DNA from: Andalucia godoyi And28
Lineage: Eukaryota > Protista > Jakobida
DNA length: 64,000 bases
Direction of reading: 5' to 3'
NCBI GenBank assembly: GCA_009859145.1
Contig: VRVR01000002.1
Span: forward strand, 256,724 to 320,723
Shown piece after piece: positions 32,538 to 41,786 of the stretch. A model generated the notes under the pieces. The model ran no database searches. It had not been told where the DNA came from and was given only the letters and a program-made list of their open reading frames with translations. Position 1 is the stretch's first letter; every line of letters begins with the position of its first letter. Both the position numbers and the translations under genes were made by a program.

Positions 32538-33050
32538 ATGCGTGGAGCTATCTTTGTATCTGCTGCGCTCATTATTGCGCTTGTTGCACTTTGCGAGGCG
32601 TATCCGTTGTACAAGCAGTGCGATTCGCGGTGGGGAAGTCACCGTTTGGGCACCAGCACGACGAACACGATCTGTTCTGCAGGGTGTGCAATGAGCTCTG
32701 TAGCCATGGCGCTTTCTGGAAAGGGCCACACCACCGATCCGGGTCAGCTGAACGACTGGCTTGTCGCGCACTCGGGGTATGCGTCGGGAGACCTTATTGT
32801 CTGGGGAGCAGTTTCGGGTCTCGGACTTACTTTCCATCAGAGATACTCGGGCCAGGGATCGCTGTCCGTCTCGGAGCTCCAGTCGCTGCTTGCAAAAGGA
32901 TTCCCGGTTGTCATCAACGTCCGCGGAGGCTCGCACTGGGTGCTTGCTACCTCAGTGTCCCGCTCGACGGTCAATGTCAACGATCCGGGATTCAGCGTCA
33001 GTTCCTATCAGTACTCCGACATTGTGAACTTTATCGTATACAACCCATGA
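32538..33050 (+). CDS. Secreted papain-fold peptidase of the C39-like family
   Basis: Signal peptide MRGAIFVSAALIIALVALCEA, then YKQCDSRWG, GCAMSSVAMAL (catalytic Cys), GSHWVL (His) and VNDPG (Asp). Confidence 0.8.
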   Translation: MRGAIFVSAALIIALVALCEAYPLYKQCDSRWGSHRLGTSTTNTICSAGCAMSSVAMALSGKGHTTDPGQLNDWLVAHSGYASGDLIVWGAVSGLGLTFHQRYSGQGSLSVSELQSLLAKGFPVVINVRGGSHWVLATSVSRSTVNVNDPGFSVSSYQYSDIVNFIVYNP

Positions 33051-33199
33051 AACACGGGACGGGTTTAAAGTATTTTTTAAAAAAAATTAAAAAACACACG
33101 CACATGGAGTTGCTTTGGGAGTTGGTATTCTTTTACTCTTCGTTCTTGATGTGTGATCTTGGGACGTCAACTTGGACGGGATGGAGGAGAGCTGCATCA

Positions 33200-34414
33200 T
33201 TACTGTCTATACTTCTTCTGAATATTCTTTGCAATCGTCTCCAAGTTGATGTTCGACGTCCCCTCGTAGATCTGACCAATCACCGAGTCGCGGTAGAACT
33301 TCTCCGCGTCAAACTCCTTCGTGAAGCCGACGCCGCCGAGCCACTCGATGGCTCGACGGGACACATGCGATGCAACCTGTGCTGCATTCCACTTTGCCAT
33401 TGCCGCCTCCTGGACGAATGGGCGCCCGGTTTCGTGCAACCGTGCAGCCTCATAGACCATCAACCGCGCTCCATGAATCATCGTCGCAGCCTCTGCATAC
33501 TGCAGCTGCATTCCCTGGAAGTCTGCAATGTACTTTCCAAACTGCTTACGCTCGTGCAGGTACGGCATTGCATAGTCAAACGCACCCTGTGCAAGTCCAA
33601 GCATCTGTGCACCAATTCCGATACGGCCAATGTTCAGAGTCCCAATTGCAACCTTGTATCCCTCACCAACCTTTCCGAGCACGGCGTCCTTGGGAAGTTT
33701 CATACCTTCGAAAATCACCTCGCAGGTGGACGATGCACGGATGCCCAGCTTGTCCTCGGACTTTCCCACGCGCAAGCCCGGAGTATCGCGTCCGGCCAGA
33801 AACGCCGTGATCCCCTTGTATCCCGCGGCCGGATTCACGGTGGCAAAAATAAGAAACAGCCCCGCTTCTTTCGAATTGGTGATCCACATTTTGCTTCCGT
33901 TCAGCTCCCAGTGGTCGCCCTTGTCCACTGCGGTGGTCTTGAGCGCAAATGCATCAGAACCAGACGAAGCTTCCGACAGACAAAACGAACCCAAGGTTCC
34001 CGTGGCAAGCTTGGGAAGCCACTCTTGTTTCTGCTTGTCCGTTCCAAATGTCTTCACAATCGGATTCACAAGCGTATTCTGGACATCCACAACAACTGCA
34101 ACGGCCGGATCAATCTTTGCAAGTTCTTCGACAACAACCATTGTCGAAGTGAGGTTCAGTCCAGCGCCACCAAGCTCGGCCGGGGTCTCAATTCCCATGT
34201 ATCCTTGGTCAAAAAGTTCCTTCAAAAGACTTTCATCAAGCTTCTGGTCTCGGTCCATCTGCTTCACTTTCGGTCCAACTCGCTCCAGAGCAAACCGCGA
34301 AACAGACTCGCGAAGAGCTTCATTCTCTTCCGAAAACACAACCAGCGGCTGGAACGGAGAAGTCGCTGTTGAAAAAAACTGACGAGAGCCAAGTCGCACA
34401 AATCGGCTCAACAT
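33200..34414 (-). CDS. ACADSB: Mitochondrial short/branched-chain acyl-CoA dehydrogenase
   Basis: Presequence MLSRFVRLGSRQFFS; motifs FCLSEASSGSDA, NGSKMWITN, EDKLGIRASSTC and QIYEGTSNI. Confidence 0.9.
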   Translation of the reverse strand: MLSRFVRLGSRQFFSTATSPFQPLVVFSEENEALRESVSRFALERVGPKVKQMDRDQKLDESLLKELFDQGYMGIETPAELGGAGLNLTSTMVVVEELAKIDPAVAVVVDVQNTLVNPIVKTFGTDKQKQEWLPKLATGTLGSFCLSEASSGSDAFALKTTAVDKGDHWELNGSKMWITNSKEAGLFLIFATVNPAAGYKGITAFLAGRDTPGLRVGKSEDKLGIRASSTCEVIFEGMKLPKDAVLGKVGEGYKVAIGTLNIGRIGIGAQMLGLAQGAFDYAMPYLHERKQFGKYIADFQGMQLQYAEAATMIHGARLMVYEAARLHETGRPFVQEAAMAKWNAAQVASHVSRRAIEWLGGVGFTKEFDAEKFYRDSVIGQIYEGTSNINLETIAKNIQKKYRQ

Positions 34415-34593
34415 CTTGCTGGTATTTATTTGTCTTTTTCTTTCTGGATTTTTCCAAGATTTCCACTTTTCTATGTCAAGGATCAGACGAAATTCGACAA
34501 CGAAAAAGATACACTATTCATATGTGTAAAATAAATAAAAAGAAAAAGGAGAAAAGGGGGTTTTCAAAAGAAGAAGAAAAACGGAAGAAAACA

Positions 34594-34834
34594 CCGCTAC
34601 CACTTTATTGCGATATGATGAAGCAGTCTAAAAAGCGCACGTAAACAAGCACACTGCCACGCGTTTGTTATCTTAGCAACTCCGTCACACGATGCCCGAT
34701 TCGTTTCGCCCCATTTTGATCATGAAATCCCTATATAAACACGCCGCCGCGTTGCATTACGCATGTTGTTGGGTTGCAACATTGATTATGGGTGATCAGC
34801 GATGATTATCTGTGGTTAGTGTACAATGTAGGCG
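34594..34834. repeat. Unclassified dispersed non-coding repeat, copy A
   Basis: Three collinear blocks match 62657-63038 on the same strand; block 1 is 66/70 identical. Confidence 0.9.
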
Positions 34835-35316
34835 AAGAAAACGATGCAAGTTCAACTTTCCATTCACTTACAACAGACGGTCCGGTTTTTTGACGTCAAT
34901 TCGTCATGCATCAATGTCTGCAGAATGACAAGTGAGTTGAAAGGGCTGTCTTCGGCGAACAAGCAAGCTAAGCTCCCAGAGGTCAGGTCAGGTCGCGCGT
35001 ACGTCACCGCAGAAATGCTCTTCCAAGATACGTGGACTCTGTGACTGCATGGTTCGCCCTGTCACTTCCGTGGAAACAGGACCTTCACATGTTCATGGTG
35101 TGCATGTCGGAATGAAGTATTGATCGTGTCTGGAACGGTGGTGTGCGTGACACCTATCTTACGAACGCCGAAGTGCATGGGCTGGGGCCTATCTCCCTTC
35201 CCGGTACTGCAGCAACATTGATGATGCATTGTCAGCGACGGCTATGTACGCATGATCAGTGCACAACCCAGGCGGTGATGCGTAGTGCGCATGGGACGAC
35301 TTTGCAACGTATAAGA

Positions 35317-38300
35317 CTACAGCCACGAGTTGTGCTGGCAGAGAGAAGAAAGCAGGATTTTGCAACCGAATTTGTCGAGCTCATCGTTGTGGAGAGAGCA
35401 AGACGGAGAACAAACACACGAGCGGCATCCACGATCACATGCGCATTCGGCGACTGCCGCGTAGGCAAGCTTGAACAAATCCGGAATGCGGCGAAACATG
35501 ATTTCAGACACCCCGGATCCACCGGGAGTCGTCTCAAAAATGCAAATTCTTGGACGAAGAGGAACAAACGTGGATGCATCACAGCCCTGCCCCGCAACGT
35601 CCTTGAAGTCGCCGCCGGATACGAACGGGGAAAACTGAAGAAGCGCGTGTTCCAATGCGTGAACGATGCAGAACGCGGGTCCGATGTTGAGGTCACGATC
35701 TCTTCCATCTCGAAGAGAAGGGAAAAGAGAGCCATTCAGCTCAATGCACAGGCCTATGGTATCGTAATTCACGTCCGGAAGCTCAACTTTCACCTTGTCC
35801 AGAACCCGGTCTGTTTTCAAGCAACGCTTTCGATAGTAATCCACAAAGCGCCGTACATGCATTTCGACCATCTGCACGGAAAAATCCCCAAATTCCTGGC
35901 GCTGCATCAGTCTTGTGATCTTGCAGTGAGTGTGGTCAACAGCTTCGGTGTGGTACGAAGGCGCCTCCACTGGGTTAATGGTAATGCGATGCTTAGCAGC
36001 ATCGAACACTGCTACGGTAAAGTATTGCCCTCGAGTCAGGTACACTGCCCCGGGATGCAAGCGGCAAATCGCATCAAATGTGTCGACCGATTCAATGACT
36101 TCGGATGACCGGGCATCAAACACCTGGAACCGAACGCTGTCGATGTTTCGCAAGCTAACTATGGGCAGAATCCTGATATCAGGAATAAAAGGTGCAACGC
36201 TCACAAAATCAGCATCACACGGGCGATCAGAGCTTAAAAGACACTCAAGATTCGCATACGGTGCATGCTGCTTCAAAATATACTTGTTCGTTGCAGTAAT
36301 GGGGGTCTGCTCCTTTCGCAAGGCTGATTCGAGATTCAGGATGGTTTCCGGATGCCGTACAATATGCTGGTTCATCGGATCTTGGAATGGAATGAAGAAC
36401 GACAGTGACATGGCATTCACAGATCCATCATCATTCATTCGGCGACCAGACCGTCCAGCCTGCTGCCAGAAGCTGGCAACGGAACCTGGGAACCCCAGGA
36501 CCATCGTGGCTTGTGCCTCGCCAATATCGATCCCCAATTCTAGCGCATTTGTCGCACAAACACCCCAGAGGTCTCCGTCGGACAAACGCTTTTCTACAGA
36601 GCGCCGCATTTCCGCAGTGTATCCAGCACGATACACCTCTACGCGGGAGCACAGGTTCGAACAACCGTCGTTTGTTAGACGGTCCCGACACAGTCGCAGC
36701 GACAACTCTGCAAGTCTTCGGCTGCCGAAAAACGCAATGGTGTTGATGTGATGACGCACGAGGTGAGACAGCAAAAACGAGACTTCAGCCAGTGGACCAA
36801 AAAGGACCTCTTCCGCTTCAACTTGCATCATTCCATCCGTGAGCGGCACAAGAGCGCCCTGTACAGTGTCCCGTGCATTCGGCGACGGATTCGGCGATGG
36901 CTGCGGAGCTGTATTGAGATTCCAAAATACAAACGTCTTAGCCAAACGAGGAGAGCCATCTGAAAGCACGGCAGAAAACGGAACTCCGCAGAGAGTCGCT
37001 GCATGTTGAACAGGTGACGCAATTGTGGCGGAGCAAATGATAATCTGAGGGGAGTTGCCATACACAACAGTACACAGTCGCAGCAGACGGCGCAGAACAA
37101 GGGCAATATGGCACCCAAACGCCCCTCGGTAGTAGTGGGCCTCGTCAACAACGATGAAACGAAGATTCCGCAGCACAACTTGCCAGACTGCGTGATGCCG
37201 GAGGATGTCGTAGTGAATCATATCAGGGTTCGTGAGGAAAATATTGGTTGATTGCCGAAGAGCGGATCGAGCACTGAATGCGGTGTCGGAGTCAAATGTG
37301 CATGCCCTGACCCCTCTTCTCTCTGAATCGATGCCTTCTGCAGATGGGCCCAATGTCGATTCACAGCGGCCCAGCCTCTCCAAAAAGTCAGCCAGCCATT
37401 TCATTTGATCTTGCGCCAGTGCACGAGTTGGAAAGATGTAAAACGCGCGAGTCGAGGACGACTCGAGAATAGCCGAAATCACGGATGCGTGGAACACCAA
37501 AGACTTTCCCGAAGCCGTGCTGGTTGAAATGACCACATTCTTTCCAGACTTCACAAGCTTGAGACCCTCTTCTTGGTGTGTGTACAGCCTTCCGATTCCC
37601 ATTTGCGGTAGCACTGTCGCAAGAAGAGGATTCATAAGGTCCGCTAGTGCAGCAGAGCCGTACTGAGCAGCATGCGCGGGAAGAACATGTTCGTGCACAA
37701 TTTGTCCATGGTACAATGGCAGTTTCTTGATGTATTCCAGAAACGAACCCACTTTGACTGGTCGATGTTCCAACAGGAACCCTCCGTCAGAGGGAATGCT
37801 CAGCGAGGATGACCCATTCGTTGTAGCAGAAGTCCTTGGTGGAAGGGATGCCGCGGTGGATGATGGTGCTGAGTGTGATGCAGAAGAAGCAGAACCAGAT
37901 GAAGCCCGGAGGCTTGCTTCCAACAATTCGATGCGATCGCGCAGCGGAAAGACAGACGACGGAATCTGTGGAAGCTGGTCCATTTTCAAAAAGAACTCAA
38001 AGCCCGGATGCCATTTTCTTTCTTTTTGCAAGTGTCGCGCAATCGGTTCGTCCACAGCGGCCTTGATCGACTTGAGAAACTCTGCATACACAGTGTTGGC
38101 AATGTGCAGAAGGCACAGATTTCTGAATTTTGCAGGTCGAGTTTCGTAAAGCAGTCCTCCTAAAACGCGCTTCTTTGCCTTTTTTGATGTGTTGAATGCG
38201 TCTACGACTTCCGAGTCCTGGCAAAACTCCACCAGAACCACTGTTTCTCCGGCAACCGAGCTCAAAGAACCAGTTTCCTGGAAACGGAGGCATCCCGGCC

Positions 38301-38751
38301 ACACGGAATGCAGCTGGCCCGCGACCACTGAGTCAAAAACAAGATTGTCCGTCGTCGATGACATTACCATTTTCCGAATAGTTTCAAACGAATTCATGTT
38401 TTTCACGCGCAAACAAAACAAACACGAATGATACACAGTCGTGAAAACTTTGCACAGCCTGTCCACCGATTCTGGCAGGATCAGCGCCGGTATCCGATCC
38501 AGTCGGACTCCATGCTGCTGCTCTACTTTCTCGTCGCCTCTTTTCGTGGGTTTTGCGGCTACCTTTAAAACCACTTTTTTCCGTTTTGGTGCCGAAGCTG
38601 TGCACTTTTCATCCTCTGCATCTTCCTCCACATCATCTTCATCAACGTCATCATCGTCGTCGTCGTTGTTTGATAACCGCCTTCTATTGTGTTTTCTGTT
38701 CATTACCCCGTCATTGTGTAGTTCGTCTAATCCTTCCTCTGCATTCCTCAT
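35317..38751 (-). CDS. Hrq1/MrfA-family RecQ4-like DEAH helicase with a C-terminal DUF1998 Zn domain
   Basis: LYTHQEEG, STSTASGKSL, LTNPDM, VVDEAHYY, ATNALELGIDIG, WQQAGRSGRR and C-terminal PGGSG..CACDRGCRSC. Likely ATG at 38751. Confidence 0.92.
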   Translation of the reverse strand: MRNAEEGLDELHNDGVMNRKHNRRRLSNNDDDDDDVDEDDVEEDAEDEKCTASAPKRKKVVLKVAAKPTKRGDEKVEQQHGVRLDRIPALILPESVDRLCKVFTTVYHSCLFCLRVKNMNSFETIRKMVMSSTTDNLVFDSVVAGQLHSVWPGCLRFQETGSLSSVAGETVVLVEFCQDSEVVDAFNTSKKAKKRVLGGLLYETRPAKFRNLCLLHIANTVYAEFLKSIKAAVDEPIARHLQKERKWHPGFEFFLKMDQLPQIPSSVFPLRDRIELLEASLRASSGSASSASHSAPSSTAASLPPRTSATTNGSSSLSIPSDGGFLLEHRPVKVGSFLEYIKKLPLYHGQIVHEHVLPAHAAQYGSAALADLMNPLLATVLPQMGIGRLYTHQEEGLKLVKSGKNVVISTSTASGKSLVFHASVISAILESSSTRAFYIFPTRALAQDQMKWLADFLERLGRCESTLGPSAEGIDSERRGVRACTFDSDTAFSARSALRQSTNIFLTNPDMIHYDILRHHAVWQVVLRNLRFIVVDEAHYYRGAFGCHIALVLRRLLRLCTVVYGNSPQIIICSATIASPVQHAATLCGVPFSAVLSDGSPRLAKTFVFWNLNTAPQPSPNPSPNARDTVQGALVPLTDGMMQVEAEEVLFGPLAEVSFLLSHLVRHHINTIAFFGSRRLAELSLRLCRDRLTNDGCSNLCSRVEVYRAGYTAEMRRSVEKRLSDGDLWGVCATNALELGIDIGEAQATMVLGFPGSVASFWQQAGRSGRRMNDDGSVNAMSLSFFIPFQDPMNQHIVRHPETILNLESALRKEQTPITATNKYILKQHAPYANLECLLSSDRPCDADFVSVAPFIPDIRILPIVSLRNIDSVRFQVFDARSSEVIESVDTFDAICRLHPGAVYLTRGQYFTVAVFDAAKHRITINPVEAPSYHTEAVDHTHCKITRLMQRQEFGDFSVQMVEMHVRRFVDYYRKRCLKTDRVLDKVKVELPDVNYDTIGLCIELNGSLFPSLRDGRDRDLNIGPAFCIVHALEHALLQFSPFVSGGDFKDVAGQGCDASTFVPLRPRICIFETTPGGSGVSEIMFRRIPDLFKLAYAAVAECACDRGCRSCVCSPSCSLHNDELDKFGCKILLSSLCQHNSWL

Positions 38752-39103
38752 GTTGTTGGTTCTTTCTGCTGATCTGAAAAGATGGAGGGAAAACTGGCAA
38801 AAGCTTTGCGGAGGGAATCGGGGCCGCAAAGGACACACACAAGTGTCGGTGTCACAAAACCCCCGACAACAAAGCTCACAGTCTACACTCGTCGACAGCA
38901 TTCGTTCCCGCCAGGAAAATCACTGCATCCGACCTATTTATTATTGGCTCAATTCCGATTCTCCATCCACGACAACAACATTTACAACGACAGTGACAAC
39001 GACAGTGACAACGACTAGCATAATAATAAGAAGAAGAACAAGAAGAGCAAGAACAAGAAGAAAAACGAAGCGTCAATCGTGCTTCGAGGAAGAGGGATAA
39101 AAC

Positions 39104-39445
39104 ATGTCATCGGAAGCTGCATTTGAGAAAGAAAGAGATGGTATATTGAGTGAAATCTCAATTGTATGTGTTTTCCATCAGTTGTGTTTTGATTTTTCGT
39201 TTGCTCGCTTATTTTTGTTTTGTTTGTTTGTTTTTGGGTTCTCGCCGTATCTGTCATTTTCTCATGTTTTCGCACCCATCCCCTCTCCTTCTTCCCCAAT
39301 GCTGCAGACACTGAATGATGTTGTCAATAATTTGGATACGCTGAATCGCAACATGGAGACTGTTCTTCAGGTCGGCAAATCAATTCAGGACATCAGTTCT
39401 GCGTGGTCCACATTCTACTTCAAAGTCGCCACAAAGCCTACTTAA
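39104..39445 (+). CDS. DAD1: DASH/Dam1 kinetochore complex subunit Dad1, 2 exons, 65 aa
   Basis: The intron 39164-39307 (GTATGT...CAG) is in frame in the ORF track. Spliced product FEKERDGILSEISITLNDVVNNLDTLNRNMETVLQVGKSIQDISSAWSTFY follows the Dad1 pattern F..R..IL.EI..T.N....L..LN...E....VG.....S..W..Y. Confidence 0.85.
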   Translation: MSSEAAFEKERDGILSEISIVCVFHQLCFDFSFARLFLFCLFVFGFSPYLSFSHVFAPIPSPSSPMLQTLNDVVNNLDTLNRNMETVLQVGKSIQDISSAWSTFYFKVATKPT

Positions 39446-39652
39446 ATACAAGCAAATGCTACTGTATTTTCGGTCCGGCTCCATTTTCTTTATTCACTTC
39501 ATTGGACCGCTCTTAATGTCTCCGTTCTTTAAAGAGGATTTGGTACGATAGTAAAATAAATTTTAAAAACAAATTTGATAAAGCAAAAGAATTGTTCGTC
39601 GAACGGCCTTCTGCTGTTTATTTGTCTGTTTTGTTTTTTATTATTCAACCTG

Positions 39653-40834
39653 TTATTGAAAAGCAAGTGCTCTATGCAGATCAGCTTGTGCGCTCCGAAA
39701 ATGCAGGCCGATTTCATTCATGAAGCCCGTAACAGACACCAGAGTCGCATCGAGTTGCTTGAAATCCTTTTCAGCCTTTTTGCCAAACTCGACGACGTTT
39801 CCTGTCGCAATCTTCTCGAGTTTCGCATAAACTGCTTTCTCGCGTTTTGCAGATGCTTCTTCAGGCCCCAGAACAGCCTTGGGCTTGCCTTTCACCTTCA
39901 TCAGTGCGTTTTTCGACGATTGGACAAACGATGAAAACCGAGATTTCGACTTCTTTCCTTCTTGCTGTTGTTGCTGCGGCTGCTGTTGCTGCGTGGATTG
40001 CTGCTGCTGTGGTGGTTGCTGTTGTTTGGTTTGTCGTCTCTCGTCACCATCATTGTCCGGTTGGAGGACACCGTCGTCATTTGCTTCAGCGTCCTCCGCA
40101 TCCACTTCCTGGTCATCCGCCATCGAAGAATCGCCATCATTAGAAACACTATTGTGGTGGTTGCTACTGCTGTTCTGACCATTGTTGCTGATGCTGAAGT
40201 TGCTTTCGAAATCCATCATGGGATGGTCAAGACGTTGTCGCTCCAGTTGTCTTTGCTGTGCTCCGATCTCGGGATCATCTCCGACCATCGCTCCCTTCGT
40301 GGAGTGCACAGCATGATGACAGCTTTCACGACTTTGGAGATTTATCTCTTCTTTTGCTCCACCTTCTCCACCTGCTACTACTGCTCCATCTTGCTGCTCT
40401 TGCCCGTCACCGTCCTCTTTTGCTCTCGCTCTCGCTCTTGCCTTTTCGTGGACATCATTGTCGTCGTCTTCCTCGTCGTCTTCCCCGGAAATCGTCATCC
40501 CGCCAATAGGTGCAAAGGTACCTGAACTTCGACTGTTCAGCAAAGGATTGGAATTCATATGTGTGATGATTGGGATCGACGCAGCAGATCTGCTCGGTTC
40601 AGAGTTTTGCGCCACGGCAAGCTGTTCACTATTCTCATCAGCTTCTTGTTTTTCCTCTTGTTGTTGTTCTTCTTCTTCAACTTCTCCAGAGCTTGAAACT
40701 CCGCCGACAGATGAAGCATTGGACGCATGAGAAACACTCGAATTAGAAGTCGCTGCTATGGATAAAGGCAGCGGCACGTCATCCTCTTCTTCTTCGGAGT
40801 CCTCTCCTGTAACTGCAATGCCTCGATGGTTCAT
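39653..40834 (-). CDS. Acidic low-complexity protein with a C-terminal coiled coil (weakly BLOC-1/BORC subunit-like)
   Basis: ATG-initiated 393-aa ORF with poly-E/D/Q tracts. The family suggestion is only a weak impression from the last ~70 aa. Confidence 0.6.
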   Translation of the reverse strand: MNHRGIAVTGEDSEEEEDDVPLPLSIAATSNSSVSHASNASSVGGVSSSGEVEEEEQQQEEKQEADENSEQLAVAQNSEPSRSAASIPIITHMNSNPLLNSRSSGTFAPIGGMTISGEDDEEDDDNDVHEKARARARAKEDGDGQEQQDGAVVAGGEGGAKEEINLQSRESCHHAVHSTKGAMVGDDPEIGAQQRQLERQRLDHPMMDFESNFSISNNGQNSSSNHHNSVSNDGDSSMADDQEVDAEDAEANDDGVLQPDNDGDERRQTKQQQPPQQQQSTQQQQPQQQQQEGKKSKSRFSSFVQSSKNALMKVKGKPKAVLGPEEASAKREKAVYAKLEKIATGNVVEFGKKAEKDFKQLDATLVSVTGFMNEIGLHFRSAQADLHRALAFQ

Positions 40835-41786
40835 ACAGTTATTCTCTGTCGCTTCGAAGCTCTTTTCCCAAGAACGAAGGAATCAGCAGCAGCAGCAGCA
40901 GCAGAAGAAGAAGAAGAAGAAGAAGAAGTAGAAGTAGAGGAGGAGGAGGAGGAAGAGGAAAAACACTGTCAAAGAGAGACAGTCATGCAAAGACGACGCA
41001 AACACGTTTGACGCCTCGACTGCAAGCTGACAGAAATCCTGCTGATTGTGCGACTACTGTCGTTGGTGCATTGAGCTGCGTTTCCGCTTCTTTCGTCATG
41101 CCATCATGGCAACGGGCAGTCCTCGCGAGCTGCAGTCATACTCATGAGGCTCATATGTGCTGGCCAATCCATGCATCCGTGTTGAGAAATTTTACTGCTA
41201 AAAGATAGATCTTGTGGAAACGTCAAACGAAGTAACTTTGTCCTTGAGCGAGTCGTCCTTTCCTTGCACAAATTCAAACCCCCCGGGGAAGTCAACACCG
41301 GCACGGGAAACGGTCGTGGAGGCTGAAAACGAAAAGGAGATGTTTTTGAAAAATGAATCTGCTTGGCTACAAGGGGAGAGGGAAGGAGGGCAGGGAATGA
41401 AGATGCGCTATGTTGCAACATGCCAAACACGGTCCGTCGTTCTCGTGCTTCTTATTCGGGCATTGCCAAGTGCTGCAAGGCGGCAAATGCACTCCAGGAG
41501 AAAATGCCGGGCATGTCCCAGAATGTCCTCGGGGTTTGTCACGAGACGTGGCTATACAGAACTGAGCAAAAACAAAAGGAGGGAAAGCCAGACGCTGCTT
41601 TTGTATGTTGCTGTTTGCTCGTATCGTCTGGGAATGGCTATGTTGGGTTCCGGGAACTCCAAGAGCTTTCGGGTTTTTTCTGTTCGAACCCAAGACCCCT
41701 TCTTTTTTTTTTTCTGTTCCTGCAATTCCCACGACTGTTCGGTGCTCAATGGTAATGAACAATATACCGTCGTTTTCTTGGAAACA

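Noticed and set aside
32489-34372. 627-aa plus-strand ORF
   Set aside because: It overlaps the C39-like gene in another frame and is antisense to ACADSB, has no ATG start and no motifs; a shadow ORF.
34614-34640. ATGATGA in the dispersed repeat as a snoRNA C box or hammerhead core
   Set aside because: There is no downstream CTGA D box at a suitable distance, and the hammerhead-essential CUGAUGA and GAAA are both mismatched.
41214-41786. N-terminal extensions given by the ORF track for several genes (also at 3559, 21538, 30487, 38901, 60647)
   Set aside because: They begin at non-ATG codons or run through T-rich UTR/intron sequence. Downstream ATGs, signal peptides or spliced exons give better starts.
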